A stretch of 64,000 nucleotides of DNA from Pseudanabaena sp. SOY_30_concoct_251 (GCA_031388585.1 JANMRU010000141.1:3160-67159); one strand, 5' to 3'. Counted from the stretch's first letter, positions 19,092 to 28,656 are shown. Notes: generated from the letters alone by a model not told the origin. Program-made: numbers and translations.

Positions 19092-19961
19092 ATGCACGAT
19101 TTGGCCGAATTGTTAGCGATCGCCCGCCCGATTGCCTGGGGAGCAGCAGAAATTTTATTGAAATATTACCAATCACCCCAGGATTTGCAGATTACCGATA
19201 AGGGGAATGATGAGGGTGATGTGACTTCGGCAGATTTGGCCGCGAATGAATATATTTTGCAAAACCTCCAGCAAAATCTAGGGACAAAGGATTTTGCCTA
19301 TCTTAGTGAAGAGACCGAAGACGATATCACGAGGCTAGAGCATGACTGGGTATGGATGATCGACCCGATGGATGGTACTAGCGATTTTATTAAACGCACA
19401 GGCGAATTTGCCGTTCATATTGGGTTGGCATATCAGCAACGTCCCATTTTGGGATTAGTCGCTGCGCCTGTGGCAGGGAAACTGTTTACGGCTACTTCTG
19501 GTGGTGGGGCTTATGTAGAACTATTGAATGGCGAAAAAACACGCTTGCAAGTTTCCAAAAAAATTGAAATGGAGAGAATGGTGGCGATCGCTAGTCGTAG
19601 CCATCGCAGCCCCAAGTTAGATTATGTCCTGAAACATTTGCCCAAAGAAGGAGAAATCACTTTAGGTAGTATTGGCGGTAAGTTAGCCGCGATCGCTGAA
19701 GGGACGGCGGATTACTATGTTTCAATTTCAGGTAAGTCCGCGCCCAAAGACTGGGACTATTGCGCTCCCGAAATTATTCTCACCGAGGCCGGGGGCAAAT
19801 TGACTCACTTCGATCTCAGCCCATTAACCTATAACAATGCCGATATATTTCAGTGGGGCGGCATTATTGCCAGTAACCGCCGCTGCCATGCCGATCTTTG
19901 CAAACTCAGTCAAGCCGCTTTGTCGGCCATGGAAGCCATGGAAGCCATGGAACAAGCCTAA
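19092..19961 (+). CDS. Inositol monophosphatase family protein (CysQ / 3'(2'),5'-bisphosphate nucleotidase-like)
   Basis: LSEE, WMIDPMDGTSDF and DWDYCA motifs. The ATG at 19092 avoids the MITE-derived 5' extension. Confidence 0.8.
   Translation: MHDLAELLAIARPIAWGAAEILLKYYQSPQDLQITDKGNDEGDVTSADLAANEYILQNLQQNLGTKDFAYLSEETEDDITRLEHDWVWMIDPMDGTSDFIKRTGEFAVHIGLAYQQRPILGLVAAPVAGKLFTATSGGGAYVELLNGEKTRLQVSKKIEMERMVAIASRSHRSPKLDYVLKHLPKEGEITLGSIGGKLAAIAEGTADYYVSISGKSAPKDWDYCAPEIILTEAGGKLTHFDLSPLTYNNADIFQWGGIIASNRRCHADLCKLSQAALSAMEAMEAMEQA
19926..19952. repeat. 9-bp in-frame tandem repeat (gccatggaa x3) encoding AMEAMEAME
   Basis: Direct reading at the 3' end of the CDS at 19092..19961. Confidence 0.9.
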
Positions 19962-20108
19962 AACTCCAAACTAACGCAATAGGCTCGCAGTCTAAACCTG
20001 TTAGAATGAGTTGAAAGCCCGAGCGCTAGTCAGTTTTAACTCAATTCAGCTATCAGCCCATAAGCGTTAGGCTCCCCATACGGTTGTTTAATTGTAAGGA
20101 GGCGCAGA

Positions 20109-21647
20109 ATGAAACCGAATTACCTGATTGTAGGTAGTGGTCTGTCGGCACTGGTTTTTGCGGCTCTGATGGCAAAATCTGGTAAGAAAGTGCAGATCTT
20201 AGAAGCCCACGAGCATCCAGGCGGCTTTGGTCACACGTTTACGATGGCCCAGAAATATACATTTAATGCTCAACTCCATTATGTGTGGAATTGTGGCGAA
20301 GGGCAGACTGTGAATCAGGTGCTCAAAAAACTGAACCTGGATCGAGAAGTGACTTTTGAGCGTTACGATCCCGATGGTTTTGACCATATGAGAATGCCGG
20401 GCTACTCGCTAGATATTCCTTCGGAATCTGAGGAGCTAGTTCTGAGGCTAGCCAAGCTTTTTCCGCAGCATACCGATCGCATTCGCAAATTTATGGCTGA
20501 AGTCCAAAAAACGGCTGAGGGATTAGAGAACTTATCATTTCCACTTATTCCGACTCAAGTATTTCAGCACTTTGGTGCGGTGCTCTGCGCCCTAACCTAT
20601 CTGAATAGTACGCTTCAGGATGTCTTCGATAAATTTAAACTACCGAAAGAGGCTCAAACGCTGTTGGCGCTGCAATGGCCTGATTTCTTATTACCTCCGA
20701 ATCGACTCTCTTTTTATGCCTGGGTAATTTTGTTTACGGGATATCAAAAAGGAGCGTTTTATCCCACTAAGCACTTCGAGCATGTCATAAATTCCCTAGT
20801 TAAGCTAATTGAGCAGCATGGAGGTAAGGTTCTGCTGAATCATGAAGTCACTAGTTTTACGGTCAAAAATAAAACTGTGACTGGAGTCCAGGCGATCAAT
20901 AAGATCGCCCATCAAACTGAAGAATTCACAGGTGAAACGATTATCTGCAACATGGATCCCAAAAAAGCAGCCAAGCTAATTGGAGTGGAAAACTTCTCCC
21001 CAACAATTCGCCAGAAACTCAACTATGATTACTCGGCGTCAAACTATATGGCCTACTGCGTGGTTAAAGATATCGACCTGCGCGATTATGGATTTGGCAA
21101 GTGGAATACCTTCTATACTGGCGATCGCGATTTAAATCAGGCATTCGATCGCATGTATGAAAAACATGATTTTTCTAATCCCAGTTTTGCGATTACGACA
21201 CCGACTTTACTCACAAAGGAGCAACTCGACTGCCCAGAAGACTGCCAAATTATTGAATTCCTCACCGTTGCTAATTATGACTACTTTAAAAAGCTGCAAG
21301 AAAGCGATCGCAAGGCTTATAGACAGAAAAAAACCGAAATCTTCGATGCCATTCTGGACGTAGTCGAAAAAAACTATATTCCGAATTTCAGAAAACACAT
21401 TGTGTTTAAAATTACTGGCAGTCCCACTACAAATGAGCGGTTTTGCTGGTGTCCGCAGGGGAATTCCTATGGTTCTAATCTCACACCCCGCAATATGGGA
21501 ATTGGCAGGCTGAATTATCAGACATCCTTGAAGAATTTCTATTTTTGCAATGCATCATCAGGTTACCCAGGCTTTGCGCCGACATTTTGGACTGGAGCAG
21601 TTTTATATCAGCGATTGTCAGGAGATTTGATTCTATCGAATAACTAA
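20109..21647 (+). CDS. FAD/NAD(P)-dependent oxidoreductase, phytoene-desaturase/RetSat-like (COG1233-type)
   Basis: Rossmann N-terminus YLIVGSGLSALVFAALMAKSGKKVQILEAHEHPGGFGHTF. The length of 512 aa fits the family. Confidence 0.65.
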   Translation: MKPNYLIVGSGLSALVFAALMAKSGKKVQILEAHEHPGGFGHTFTMAQKYTFNAQLHYVWNCGEGQTVNQVLKKLNLDREVTFERYDPDGFDHMRMPGYSLDIPSESEELVLRLAKLFPQHTDRIRKFMAEVQKTAEGLENLSFPLIPTQVFQHFGAVLCALTYLNSTLQDVFDKFKLPKEAQTLLALQWPDFLLPPNRLSFYAWVILFTGYQKGAFYPTKHFEHVINSLVKLIEQHGGKVLLNHEVTSFTVKNKTVTGVQAINKIAHQTEEFTGETIICNMDPKKAAKLIGVENFSPTIRQKLNYDYSASNYMAYCVVKDIDLRDYGFGKWNTFYTGDRDLNQAFDRMYEKHDFSNPSFAITTPTLLTKEQLDCPEDCQIIEFLTVANYDYFKKLQESDRKAYRQKKTEIFDAILDVVEKNYIPNFRKHIVFKITGSPTTNERFCWCPQGNSYGSNLTPRNMGIGRLNYQTSLKNFYFCNASSGYPGFAPTFWTGAVLYQRLSGDLILSNN

Positions 21648-21700
21648 CCGCAAAGTTACGACTCAATTTTCACGGAATCTCACTAGTTTTGCGATTAAAT

Positions 21701-22915
21701 ATGAAAATAGCGATAATTGGCGGTGGAGCAAGTGGGATGGTCGCAGCCTACTTACTCGATAAACAGGGGCACCATGTCACGGTTTTTGAAAAGCAACCGA
21801 TTCTGGGCGGACATATTCGCACGTTAAATCAAAATGTTAAACCCAATCGCTCTGATTGCGACCTATGTTTAGAAAGCGGCGTGCTTGAATTTCCCATTGT
21901 ATTTCACAACTTCCTGGCCTTGATGAAGGAACTGGAAGTGGAATTAGAACCCGTTAATATTGGATCGGCATTGTTCCTGCAAGATGGTCGCCACTTTCTG
22001 TCGGCGGTGATGATTCAAAAGAACTTCACGGGCATTCAGCGTGCGATCGAATATTTGCGACTTGATGGCATCTACGCCCGTTCCGCAGGACTATGGATCA
22101 CAACGCATTTTGCGCGATCGCTCGATCTACGAGATCGCCCCATGTCTCAATTCGTTCATCGTCAGTTCATCAGGAATTGCTGGCTGAAATTGCTAACCAT
22201 GTACAGCTACTCGATACCATTTGAACTGATCGACAATTTTCCAGCGGCATTGGTAATTCCCACACTCCGTGAGTACATCTTTGTCAACTGGGTGAGAATT
22301 AAAGGCGGAGTTTATTCCTACATTGCCAAAATCTTGGAACGATTCAAGGGCGATCTCCTTCTCAATGTCGATGTTGTGGAGATTTTCAGGTCAACTGATG
22401 CCGTTAAAGTTGGACTCTCAGATGGTGTGACACGTGAGTTTGATAAGATTGTGTTCGCGACACCACCCGATCGAGTAATGGAGTTATTAGCCGATCCGAC
22501 TGACACCGAAATCAAGCGGTTTTCGGCATGGAAGAGTAACTACGCAAAAACTGTTATCCATACCGATACTTCGATGTACGTTAAATACGGCATTAAGCAA
22601 TTTTCGGAATTTGATTTTTTCCAAACTGAGAGTAGTTGGGGCTATAATGCCTATCTCAACCAGCTTTGTGGTATCTCATCGTCTGAGCAATATAGTCTAG
22701 CGTTTAATCTCGATGAGTTACTTGCAAAAGATAAAATCGTGCACGTACAGGAACATCACACTCCTCTGTACACGGTTGAGGCTTTCAGGTATAGAGACGA
22801 AGTGATCGAGACTAATGGTGAGAATCGTACATATCATGCGGGAGCATACCTTGGTGATGGTTTGCATGAAGGAGCGGTCGCCTCCGCCATGCGGGTTGCT
22901 CAGTTGATTGGGTAG
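21701..22915 (+). CDS. FAD-dependent oxidoreductase, amine-oxidase-like (COG2907-type)
   Basis: MKIAIIGGGASGMVAAYLLDKQGHHVTVFEKQPILGGHIRT dinucleotide-binding motif. The C-terminal YHAGAYLGDGLHEGAVASA is typical of this flavoprotein group. Confidence 0.65.
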   Translation: MKIAIIGGGASGMVAAYLLDKQGHHVTVFEKQPILGGHIRTLNQNVKPNRSDCDLCLESGVLEFPIVFHNFLALMKELEVELEPVNIGSALFLQDGRHFLSAVMIQKNFTGIQRAIEYLRLDGIYARSAGLWITTHFARSLDLRDRPMSQFVHRQFIRNCWLKLLTMYSYSIPFELIDNFPAALVIPTLREYIFVNWVRIKGGVYSYIAKILERFKGDLLLNVDVVEIFRSTDAVKVGLSDGVTREFDKIVFATPPDRVMELLADPTDTEIKRFSAWKSNYAKTVIHTDTSMYVKYGIKQFSEFDFFQTESSWGYNAYLNQLCGISSSEQYSLAFNLDELLAKDKIVHVQEHHTPLYTVEAFRYRDEVIETNGENRTYHAGAYLGDGLHEGAVASAMRVAQLIG

Positions 22916-23024
22916 CATGTATTTTGTCACCCGTTCGGATTCTATCCTGCCAACCCATAATCCCAATCCAAAGAAACAACTATTCGCGTTCCTATCTCCA
23001 AATATGCGATCGCAATCGTAAAAA

Positions 23025-23798
23025 TCATGCAGCAGCCAACGCTTCTTGTCCGTGTTGGCGCATCAGATCCATGAGTTCGTCGCGGTAATCGTGGAAGACA
23101 GAGTGGCGTTTAACCAGGTGAGTGCGATTGGGTAGCTTAACGGTAATCACCTTACGCACAGTGCCAGGGCGAGAACCGAGAGCATAGATGCGATTGGAGA
23201 GAAAAATTGCTTCTTCCACGTCGTGGGTGATCGAGAAGACTGTAATCCCCGTACGTTGCCAGAGATCGAGCATAAATTCGTGCATCGCTTCTTTTGTGTG
23301 AATATCTAAAGCACCGAAAGGTTCATCCATCAGCAGAATTTTTGGCTCGGAAGCTAGGGCGCGGGCGATCGCCACCCGTTGCTTCATACCACCGGAAAGT
23401 TCCTTCGGTAATGATTTAGAAAACTGAGATAATCCCACCACATTGAGATAATAGCTAGCTTGTTCGCGGCGTTCCTTTTTAGGGACACCTTGTAGTTTTA
23501 GCCCAAACTCGGTGTTTTGCAGCACTGTCATCCAGGGATAAAGGGTGTAGTTCTGAAACACCATGCCGCGATCGGGTCCTGGTGAAGTGACACGCTTACC
23601 CTCAATTCTGATTTCACCACTAGTTGGCAAGTCAAGCCCAGCAATCTGACGCAGCAAAGTAGACTTACCTGAACCCGATGCCCCCACAACGCAAATAAAC
23701 TCACCTTGCTCGATCGACATATTAATGTCTCTAAGCACAACCAGGGTTCCTTGCTGAGTCTCAAAGTTCTTGTTTAAGCGATTGATTTGTAAAAACAT
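23025..23798 (-). CDS. ABC transporter ATP-binding protein (NitT/TauT family), last gene of the guanidine operon
   Basis: Walker A GASGSGKST, signature LSGGMKQR and Walker B LLMDEPFGALD. I prefer the ATG at 23798 (MFLQINRLNKNF). Confidence 0.85.
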   Translation of the reverse strand: MFLQINRLNKNFETQQGTLVVLRDINMSIEQGEFICVVGASGSGKSTLLRQIAGLDLPTSGEIRIEGKRVTSPGPDRGMVFQNYTLYPWMTVLQNTEFGLKLQGVPKKERREQASYYLNVVGLSQFSKSLPKELSGGMKQRVAIARALASEPKILLMDEPFGALDIHTKEAMHEFMLDLWQRTGITVFSITHDVEEAIFLSNRIYALGSRPGTVRKVITVKLPNRTHLVKRHSVFHDYRDELMDLMRQHGQEALAAA

Positions 23799-23896
23799 GA
23801 TTTTAATACTGGTTATAAATCTTATATATTCTGGATCGATTTCAGGTGACATGCTGTAAATTTGGTCACACTTCTATAGCACTCCCACGCAAGCAA

Positions 23897-24778
23897 TTAG
23901 CGTTTTTGACTAGCCCATCGACAGGATACTTGCAATAAATATTGAAATAGCAAATCGAAGGTTAGACCAATGACTCCAATTACGATTAGACCAACAAAAA
24001 TTTCATCGGTTTTGAGAAATCGACCAGCGACGCTGATCCTTCTCCCTAAACCTTCAGTTGCTGCAATCAGCTCTGAAACGATTACCAATTGCCAGGCAGC
24101 CGCCAGGTTGATACGGCAGGCATCAATAATGCCAGGTAGGGAATGTGGGAAAATCACCTGCAGTAAAGTTTCCCAGCGATTTCCACCGAGCATATAAGTA
24201 GCTTCCAGCAAATCTTTAGACACAAACTTAATCGTGTCCATCACCATCAATGAATTGAAGAAAAAGACCCCAATAAAGATAAGAGCGATTTTGGGTTCCT
24301 CCCCAATCCCCAGATATAGAATTAACAGCGGAATAAAGGCAGGGGCGGGCATATATCGCACCAGACCAAAAAGTGGTTCTAGCAAGGCACGAATACTTGC
24401 AAAGCTACCCATCATCACACCAGTTGGAATGGCAAACATTGCTGCCAGTGAGAATCCAACCCCAACCCGCCACAGACTCGCCACCGTATCTTTAAGCAGT
24501 TCACCAGTGTTCCACAATCGACCGAAGGCATCGCTAACCTGACCAGGCGAAGGTAAAAACTTGGGGTCTATCTGAACGAATGTCGTTACCAACCACCATA
24601 GTCCCAATGGTAAAGCGATTGAAGTAATTGCTAATGCCGCACTCAGGGGTTGAGGAATATCTTCTGCTAGTCGCCAGAAAACGCTTGTACGAAAGGTCTT
24701 AGGTTTAATCAATGACTGAATTGATTTCTGGTCATTAGGCTCTTGCATTTTTCGCCGGGATAATAGCTTAACCGCCAA
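23897..24778 (-). CDS. ABC transporter permease (NitT/TauT family)
   Basis: Six hydrophobic helices and BPD-type permease topology. The start is either the TTG at 24778 or the ATG at 24748. Confidence 0.8.
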   Translation of the reverse strand: MAVKLLSRRKMQEPNDQKSIQSLIKPKTFRTSVFWRLAEDIPQPLSAALAITSIALPLGLWWLVTTFVQIDPKFLPSPGQVSDAFGRLWNTGELLKDTVASLWRVGVGFSLAAMFAIPTGVMMGSFASIRALLEPLFGLVRYMPAPAFIPLLILYLGIGEEPKIALIFIGVFFFNSLMVMDTIKFVSKDLLEATYMLGGNRWETLLQVIFPHSLPGIIDACRINLAAAWQLVIVSELIAATEGLGRRISVAGRFLKTDEIFVGLIVIGVIGLTFDLLFQYLLQVSCRWASQKR

Positions 24779-24783
24779 TTTAA

Positions 24784-25824
24784 CTAGGTTTTCTGAGCTT
24801 TTTCTGCGTATGCTTTGACAAAGCGATCGTCAAATAGCTTACTGAGATTCGGTTTTGTTTTTGCTAAGCCAACCTCGTTGAGGAATTTACTCATCTGTTC
24901 GGCAGCAAATGGTAATGAACCCATATCAGAACCTGGTAGAAAGGCTTTCAAGTTTTCGGCGATCGTGAAAATTTGAGTGCCGTTGGCATAGTCCTTGTAT
25001 TCTTCAACGCTAACACCAGCGCGCTTCGCCATAATCTCATAGGCTGTCTTCTGATTGGCGTTAATGTAGTCTAAGGTGGCAAACCATGAATTGACTGCTA
25101 ATTGCACCAGATCTGGATGTTCATTGACAAACTTGCGCGTAAATACCAGGTGGTCAGAAATTGCACCTGGGAAGTCCTTAGAACTGAAGATTTCTTTACT
25201 CCCTGACAGCTTCAATGCTTGAGTAGTGAAGGGCGCAAATACGGCAACCGCATCAACTTGTCCTGCCACAAAAGCTGCCGCAGCTTTGCCAGTTTCTAGG
25301 GGTACAAACTGAATATCTTTCGCTGATAAGCCAGCTTTTTTTAGACCTTGCAATAAAAGGAAGTGATCGACAGTACCTTCTTCAGCAGCAACCTTCTTCC
25401 CTTTTAAATCGGTGATGGAATTGATGCCACTTCTAGCAATCACTTTGTCATTGCCAGTTGAATTATCATTCACTAGAACGATAACTTGATCCGCACCACC
25501 GGATACAGAACTCACAGTATCTCCCAAGGTTTGGCTATTTGCATCAATTTGCCCAGCGTTGAGTGTACTGATCGATTCTAAGTAACCATCAAACCATTTC
25601 AAATCTACTTGGGTTTTGGTGGCTGTAAATATCCCTTGCTCTTGAGCTACTTGCCAAGGGAACCAGCCTGGCCATGCACTAAATCCTAAACGAATAGTAG
25701 TTTGGGTTGCTGAAGTTGGTGAGCTGTTTGTGGAAATCTGGTTTGCGGGATTTGTACAGCCTACCGCAAGGGTTAAACTAATGCAGAAGAGTAAGAAACA
25801 AGAAAGAAGTGATTTGATTTTCAT
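24784..25824 (-). CDS. ABC transporter substrate-binding lipoprotein (NMT1/TauA-like); predicted guanidine-binding component
   Basis: Lipobox LTLAVGC and a periplasmic-binding-protein pattern. The ligand assignment is inferred from operon and riboswitch context. Confidence 0.75.
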   Translation of the reverse strand: MKIKSLLSCFLLFCISLTLAVGCTNPANQISTNSSPTSATQTTIRLGFSAWPGWFPWQVAQEQGIFTATKTQVDLKWFDGYLESISTLNAGQIDANSQTLGDTVSSVSGGADQVIVLVNDNSTGNDKVIARSGINSITDLKGKKVAAEEGTVDHFLLLQGLKKAGLSAKDIQFVPLETGKAAAAFVAGQVDAVAVFAPFTTQALKLSGSKEIFSSKDFPGAISDHLVFTRKFVNEHPDLVQLAVNSWFATLDYINANQKTAYEIMAKRAGVSVEEYKDYANGTQIFTIAENLKAFLPGSDMGSLPFAAEQMSKFLNEVGLAKTKPNLSKLFDDRFVKAYAEKAQKT

Positions 25825-25833
25825 AATACATCC

Positions 25834-26532
25834 TTACAAGTGACTAACCGCTAAGTTTTGCTTTGCGGCAATTTGCGATCGCAACCACCCAAACCAGGCT
25901 TCTAAGCCCTCACTGGTTTTAGCCGAAATGGGAAAGATCGCGCAATGGGGATTCATTTGGCGGACATTGGCAATAATCTGACTGATATCAATATCTAGAT
26001 GCGGGGCAAGATCCATCTTCGTAATCAACAGACAATCTGCGGCTTGGAACATCACAGGATATTTCAGCGGTTTATCTTCTCCTTCAGTGATGCTCAAAAG
26101 TGCGACCTTAGCATGTTCGCCCACTTCAAACTCGGCGGGACAAACCAGATTGCCAACATTCTCAACTAAAACGAGATCGAATTCAGTTGGAGTGTATTCG
26201 TGCTCTAATCGATGAATCCCACCCGCAACCATTTTGGCGTCGAGATGACAGGAGCGTCCTGTATTAATTGCTATGACTGGGACATCGTAGCAACGTAGGC
26301 GCTCAGCATCCAGCTCTGTGGTCATGTCACCTTCTATTACGGCAATTCTAAACTCTCGATTCAGTGCTGCTAGGGTGCGCTCTAACAGCACGGTCTTGCC
26401 CGCACCGGGGCTACTCATAATATTTAGGCAGGTGATACCCCATTTGTCAAAGTGGGCGCGATTATGGTCTGCTCCTTGCTGATTGGCGTGAAGCAAGTTA
26501 ATGCCGAGGGCAGCGTCAAAGGTTTGATGCAT
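25834..26532 (-). CDS. hypB: HypB-family metal-binding GTPase; by context a GhaB-like accessory protein for Ni loading of guanidine hydrolase
   Basis: P-loop [21 protein letters not shown] and a TKMD NKxD-like motif. No hydrogenase genes are nearby, and it sits directly downstream of the arginase-fold gene. Confidence 0.8.
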   Translation of the reverse strand: MHQTFDAALGINLLHANQQGADHNRAHFDKWGITCLNIMSSPGAGKTVLLERTLAALNREFRIAVIEGDMTTELDAERLRCYDVPVIAINTGRSCHLDAKMVAGGIHRLEHEYTPTEFDLVLVENVGNLVCPAEFEVGEHAKVALLSITEGEDKPLKYPVMFQAADCLLITKMDLAPHLDIDISQIIANVRQMNPHCAIFPISAKTSEGLEAWFGWLRSQIAAKQNLAVSHL

Positions 26533-26543
26533 AGGATCTCCAG

Positions 26544-26933
26544 TTAGCGGGAAAGGGTGGTGGCGATGGTTTGCTCAGAACGGGTGCAGGTATATTCGAT
26601 GCGATCGATTTTCAGCTCTCGTCCTGAGCGGATATCTTCCATAGGAGAGCGACAATCGGGACAGGCATATTGAATACCAATTTCTGGTTGATACTCCTGT
26701 TGGCAGCCGTGGCAAAAGGCAATGAGGGGAGACTCACAAATCACGAGAGCTGCCTTTTCTAGAAAGGTATTTAGAGTCTGAACTTCAAATGTGAACTGCA
26801 AACTCATGGGTTCCACACATGTGAACTTCCCGACTGTGAGATGAACGTGAGAGATCTCAACAGGTTCTGGCTGACTCTCCCACCAGTCTTTTACAGTCAA
26901 GATCAAAGCTTTCGTCATATCTATTTCGTGCAT
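26544..26933 (-). CDS. hypA: HypA-family zinc-ribbon Ni metallochaperone; by context GhaA-like
   Basis: MHE N-terminus and CHGC...CPDC zinc site. The ATG at 26933 lies 10 nt after the upstream stop; the track's longer ORF overlaps the upstream gene. Confidence 0.8.
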   Translation of the reverse strand: MHEIDMTKALILTVKDWWESQPEPVEISHVHLTVGKFTCVEPMSLQFTFEVQTLNTFLEKAALVICESPLIAFCHGCQQEYQPEIGIQYACPDCRSPMEDIRSGRELKIDRIEYTCTRSEQTIATTLSR

Positions 26934-26943
26934 GGTGTTATCC

Positions 26944-28140
26944 TCATGCCCACGGTATATCGACAGACATATTGGCTTCAGGATGGATGTAAGTGGCTTT
27001 TTGTTTGCGTGGTAATTGGCCAGAGAGCACCAAATGCGCCATCGCGTCACAAATTACTCGCGTTGCTAATAGTGAAGTCATATCGCTGACATCGTAGGGA
27101 GGAGACACTTCAACTATCTCTAGTCCACAAACGGGGGCGCGTTGCACAATTTTGCCAAGCAGTGCGAGAGCTTCACGAGGTAGTAAACCTCCTGGTTCTG
27201 GCCAGCCTGTACCTGGGACAAATCCAGCATCGATACAATCAATATCAAAACTAATATAGACGCAATCAGTGCCATCTAAAGCGCGTTCTAGGGCAAACTC
27301 CACCGAGGCATCAATGCCCATTTCCATGATGTCGGTAACGGTGAGAATGTTTGTGGCACGCTCTCGGCAAACCTTAACTCCTTGACGGGGAACCTGCCAA
27401 CCGCCAATCCCTAACTGCACTAGATTTTTGGCTGGCGCATTCTTCATGTTGGTAGCATGGAACCAAGGACAGGTGTGCATCCTTTCATCTAGATCGGTCT
27501 CTTGGGTATCGACGTGGCGATCGAAGTGGATAATTCCGACCTTTTTGTCTCCTAGATGGCGACATACTCCTCGAACCGTGGGAAATCCGATAGAGTGATC
27601 GCCGCCAAGAATGATCGGGAACGCACCAGAACTGAAAACGTGAGCAACTCCTTTGGATATTTGATCGAAGGATTTCTCGTTGTTGGCAGGAATGGTAAAT
27701 ATATCGCCAACATCGCAGAGGGTAATTTGTTCGCGCAAGTCAACGCCTAACTCAAAGTTGTAGGGTGTATAGAGGGCGGAAATGCGACGGATGCCTTGAG
27801 GGCCAAAACGAGTGCCTGGGCGGTAGGTGGTGCCAGAGTCGTGAGGTACGCCAACGATCGCCACATCGTATTCCCCTACTTTACGCACATCTTCTAGATA
27901 AGGGGCTTTCATAAACGTGTTGATCCCGGCGTAGTGGGGGAGTTCGCCGCGAGAAAAGGTGGGAATAGAGCGATCGCGAATACTCTCTGCTGCTTCCAAT
28001 CCATATTCTAGACCTTTGGAAACTTCTTGTTGCCAGCCTGATAGAGGCAGTTGTGCTTCACGCTCTAAAGCACGGTTTGCTTCAGTAGAGTATCCACTTA
28101 TGTTAGAGTCCGGACTTTGAAAAAGGGAATCTTCAGTCAT
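26944..28140 (-). CDS. gdmH: Arginase/agmatinase-family ureohydrolase; predicted Ni-dependent guanidine hydrolase (GdmH-type)
   Basis: Ureohydrolase motifs GVPHD, HFDRHVDT, GGDHS and SFDIDCIDAGFVPGTGWPEPGG, with an N-terminal extension relative to classical agmatinases. A guanidine-I riboswitch lies in the leader and HypA/HypB-like genes lie downstream. Confidence 0.8.
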   Translation of the reverse strand: MTEDSLFQSPDSNISGYSTEANRALEREAQLPLSGWQQEVSKGLEYGLEAAESIRDRSIPTFSRGELPHYAGINTFMKAPYLEDVRKVGEYDVAIVGVPHDSGTTYRPGTRFGPQGIRRISALYTPYNFELGVDLREQITLCDVGDIFTIPANNEKSFDQISKGVAHVFSSGAFPIILGGDHSIGFPTVRGVCRHLGDKKVGIIHFDRHVDTQETDLDERMHTCPWFHATNMKNAPAKNLVQLGIGGWQVPRQGVKVCRERATNILTVTDIMEMGIDASVEFALERALDGTDCVYISFDIDCIDAGFVPGTGWPEPGGLLPREALALLGKIVQRAPVCGLEIVEVSPPYDVSDMTSLLATRVICDAMAHLVLSGQLPRKQKATYIHPEANMSVDIPWA

Positions 28141-28182
28141 GCTTTAGGTCTCCGTGAATAGATATGGATCTAAATAAAATGC

Positions 28183-28240
28183 AAAAAACCGGGCGAGTAG
28201 CAAAGATAGATAAAACTATCGTTGCCAACTTCTCCCGGGC
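28183..28240 (-). terminator. Riboswitch expression platform: terminator hairpin overlapping the 3' aptamer strand
   Basis: On the minus strand, CCGGGAGAAGUUGGCAA...UUUGCUACUCGCCCGG is followed by UUUUUU. The 5' arm reuses the CCCGGGAGA that closes the aptamer, so ligand binding should prevent termination. Confidence 0.65.
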
Positions 28241-28372
28241 TTTTATCCCGCCGTGTTACCATTCTGAATCACTTCAACTTTTGAAAGAAAAAATGCCAGG
28301 TGGTTTACTTCTCTCGGACCAGCCGCTCAATCCAGGAGCATTGCCCATGTCTCAAACCGGAACCCTAGAAGC
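28229..28372 (-). promoter_or_regulatory. Guanidine-I riboswitch (ykkC class) aptamer
   Basis: The minus strand reads CUAGGGUUCCGG...CUGGUCCGAGAG...ACACGGCGGGAUAAAAGCCCGGGAGA. All three highly conserved ykkC blocks are present in the right order. Confidence 0.9.
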
Positions 28373-28656
28373 TATTTAAATTTTTTGAGTGTGAAAAGGT
28401 TTAATTAAGATAGGGTCGCCTAAAAACAATAAATCATGATTAGACGCGCTTAGATCGGAAACTTTAGCGACTTATGCCATTTTAAGGATTGTCTATCTAA
28501 ATTCACCTACTAGCTATACGGATTATTAGTAGCAATATCAGCAGCGCATAATTGTATCAAAGAATACAGAATCAGTCTCCTTATCAAAAGGCTCTGCTGT
28601 CCAAATCGCATGGCTATCAAGCTTTGCGGCAATATACCGCCATCTGCAACCTCAAT

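Noticed and set aside
25834-26933. Reading hypA/hypB as hydrogenase-maturation genes, implying a hydrogenase locus
   Set aside because: There are no hydrogenase structural genes or other hyp genes in the window. The genes are embedded between an arginase-fold enzyme and an ABC importer behind a guanidine riboswitch, which fits the Ni-loading accessory role for guanidine hydrolase.
26934-27050. A 39-codon extension of the HypA-like ORF
   Set aside because: It overlaps the 3' end of the upstream gene in another frame. HypA proteins begin with MHE, which is found at 26933.
28164-28379. A 71-aa plus-strand ORF in the gap upstream of the arginase-fold gene
   Set aside because: It is the reverse complement of the guanidine-I riboswitch and its terminator. 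The conserved RNA blocks explain the sequence, and the ORF has no protein-like features.
28373-28460. A promoter or NtcA site (GTA-N8-TAC) for the guanidine operon
   Set aside because: I found no GTAN8TAC. Candidate -35 and -10 hexamers (TTCACA, TTAAAC, TTAAAT) have poor spacing, so no promoter call is supported from sequence alone.
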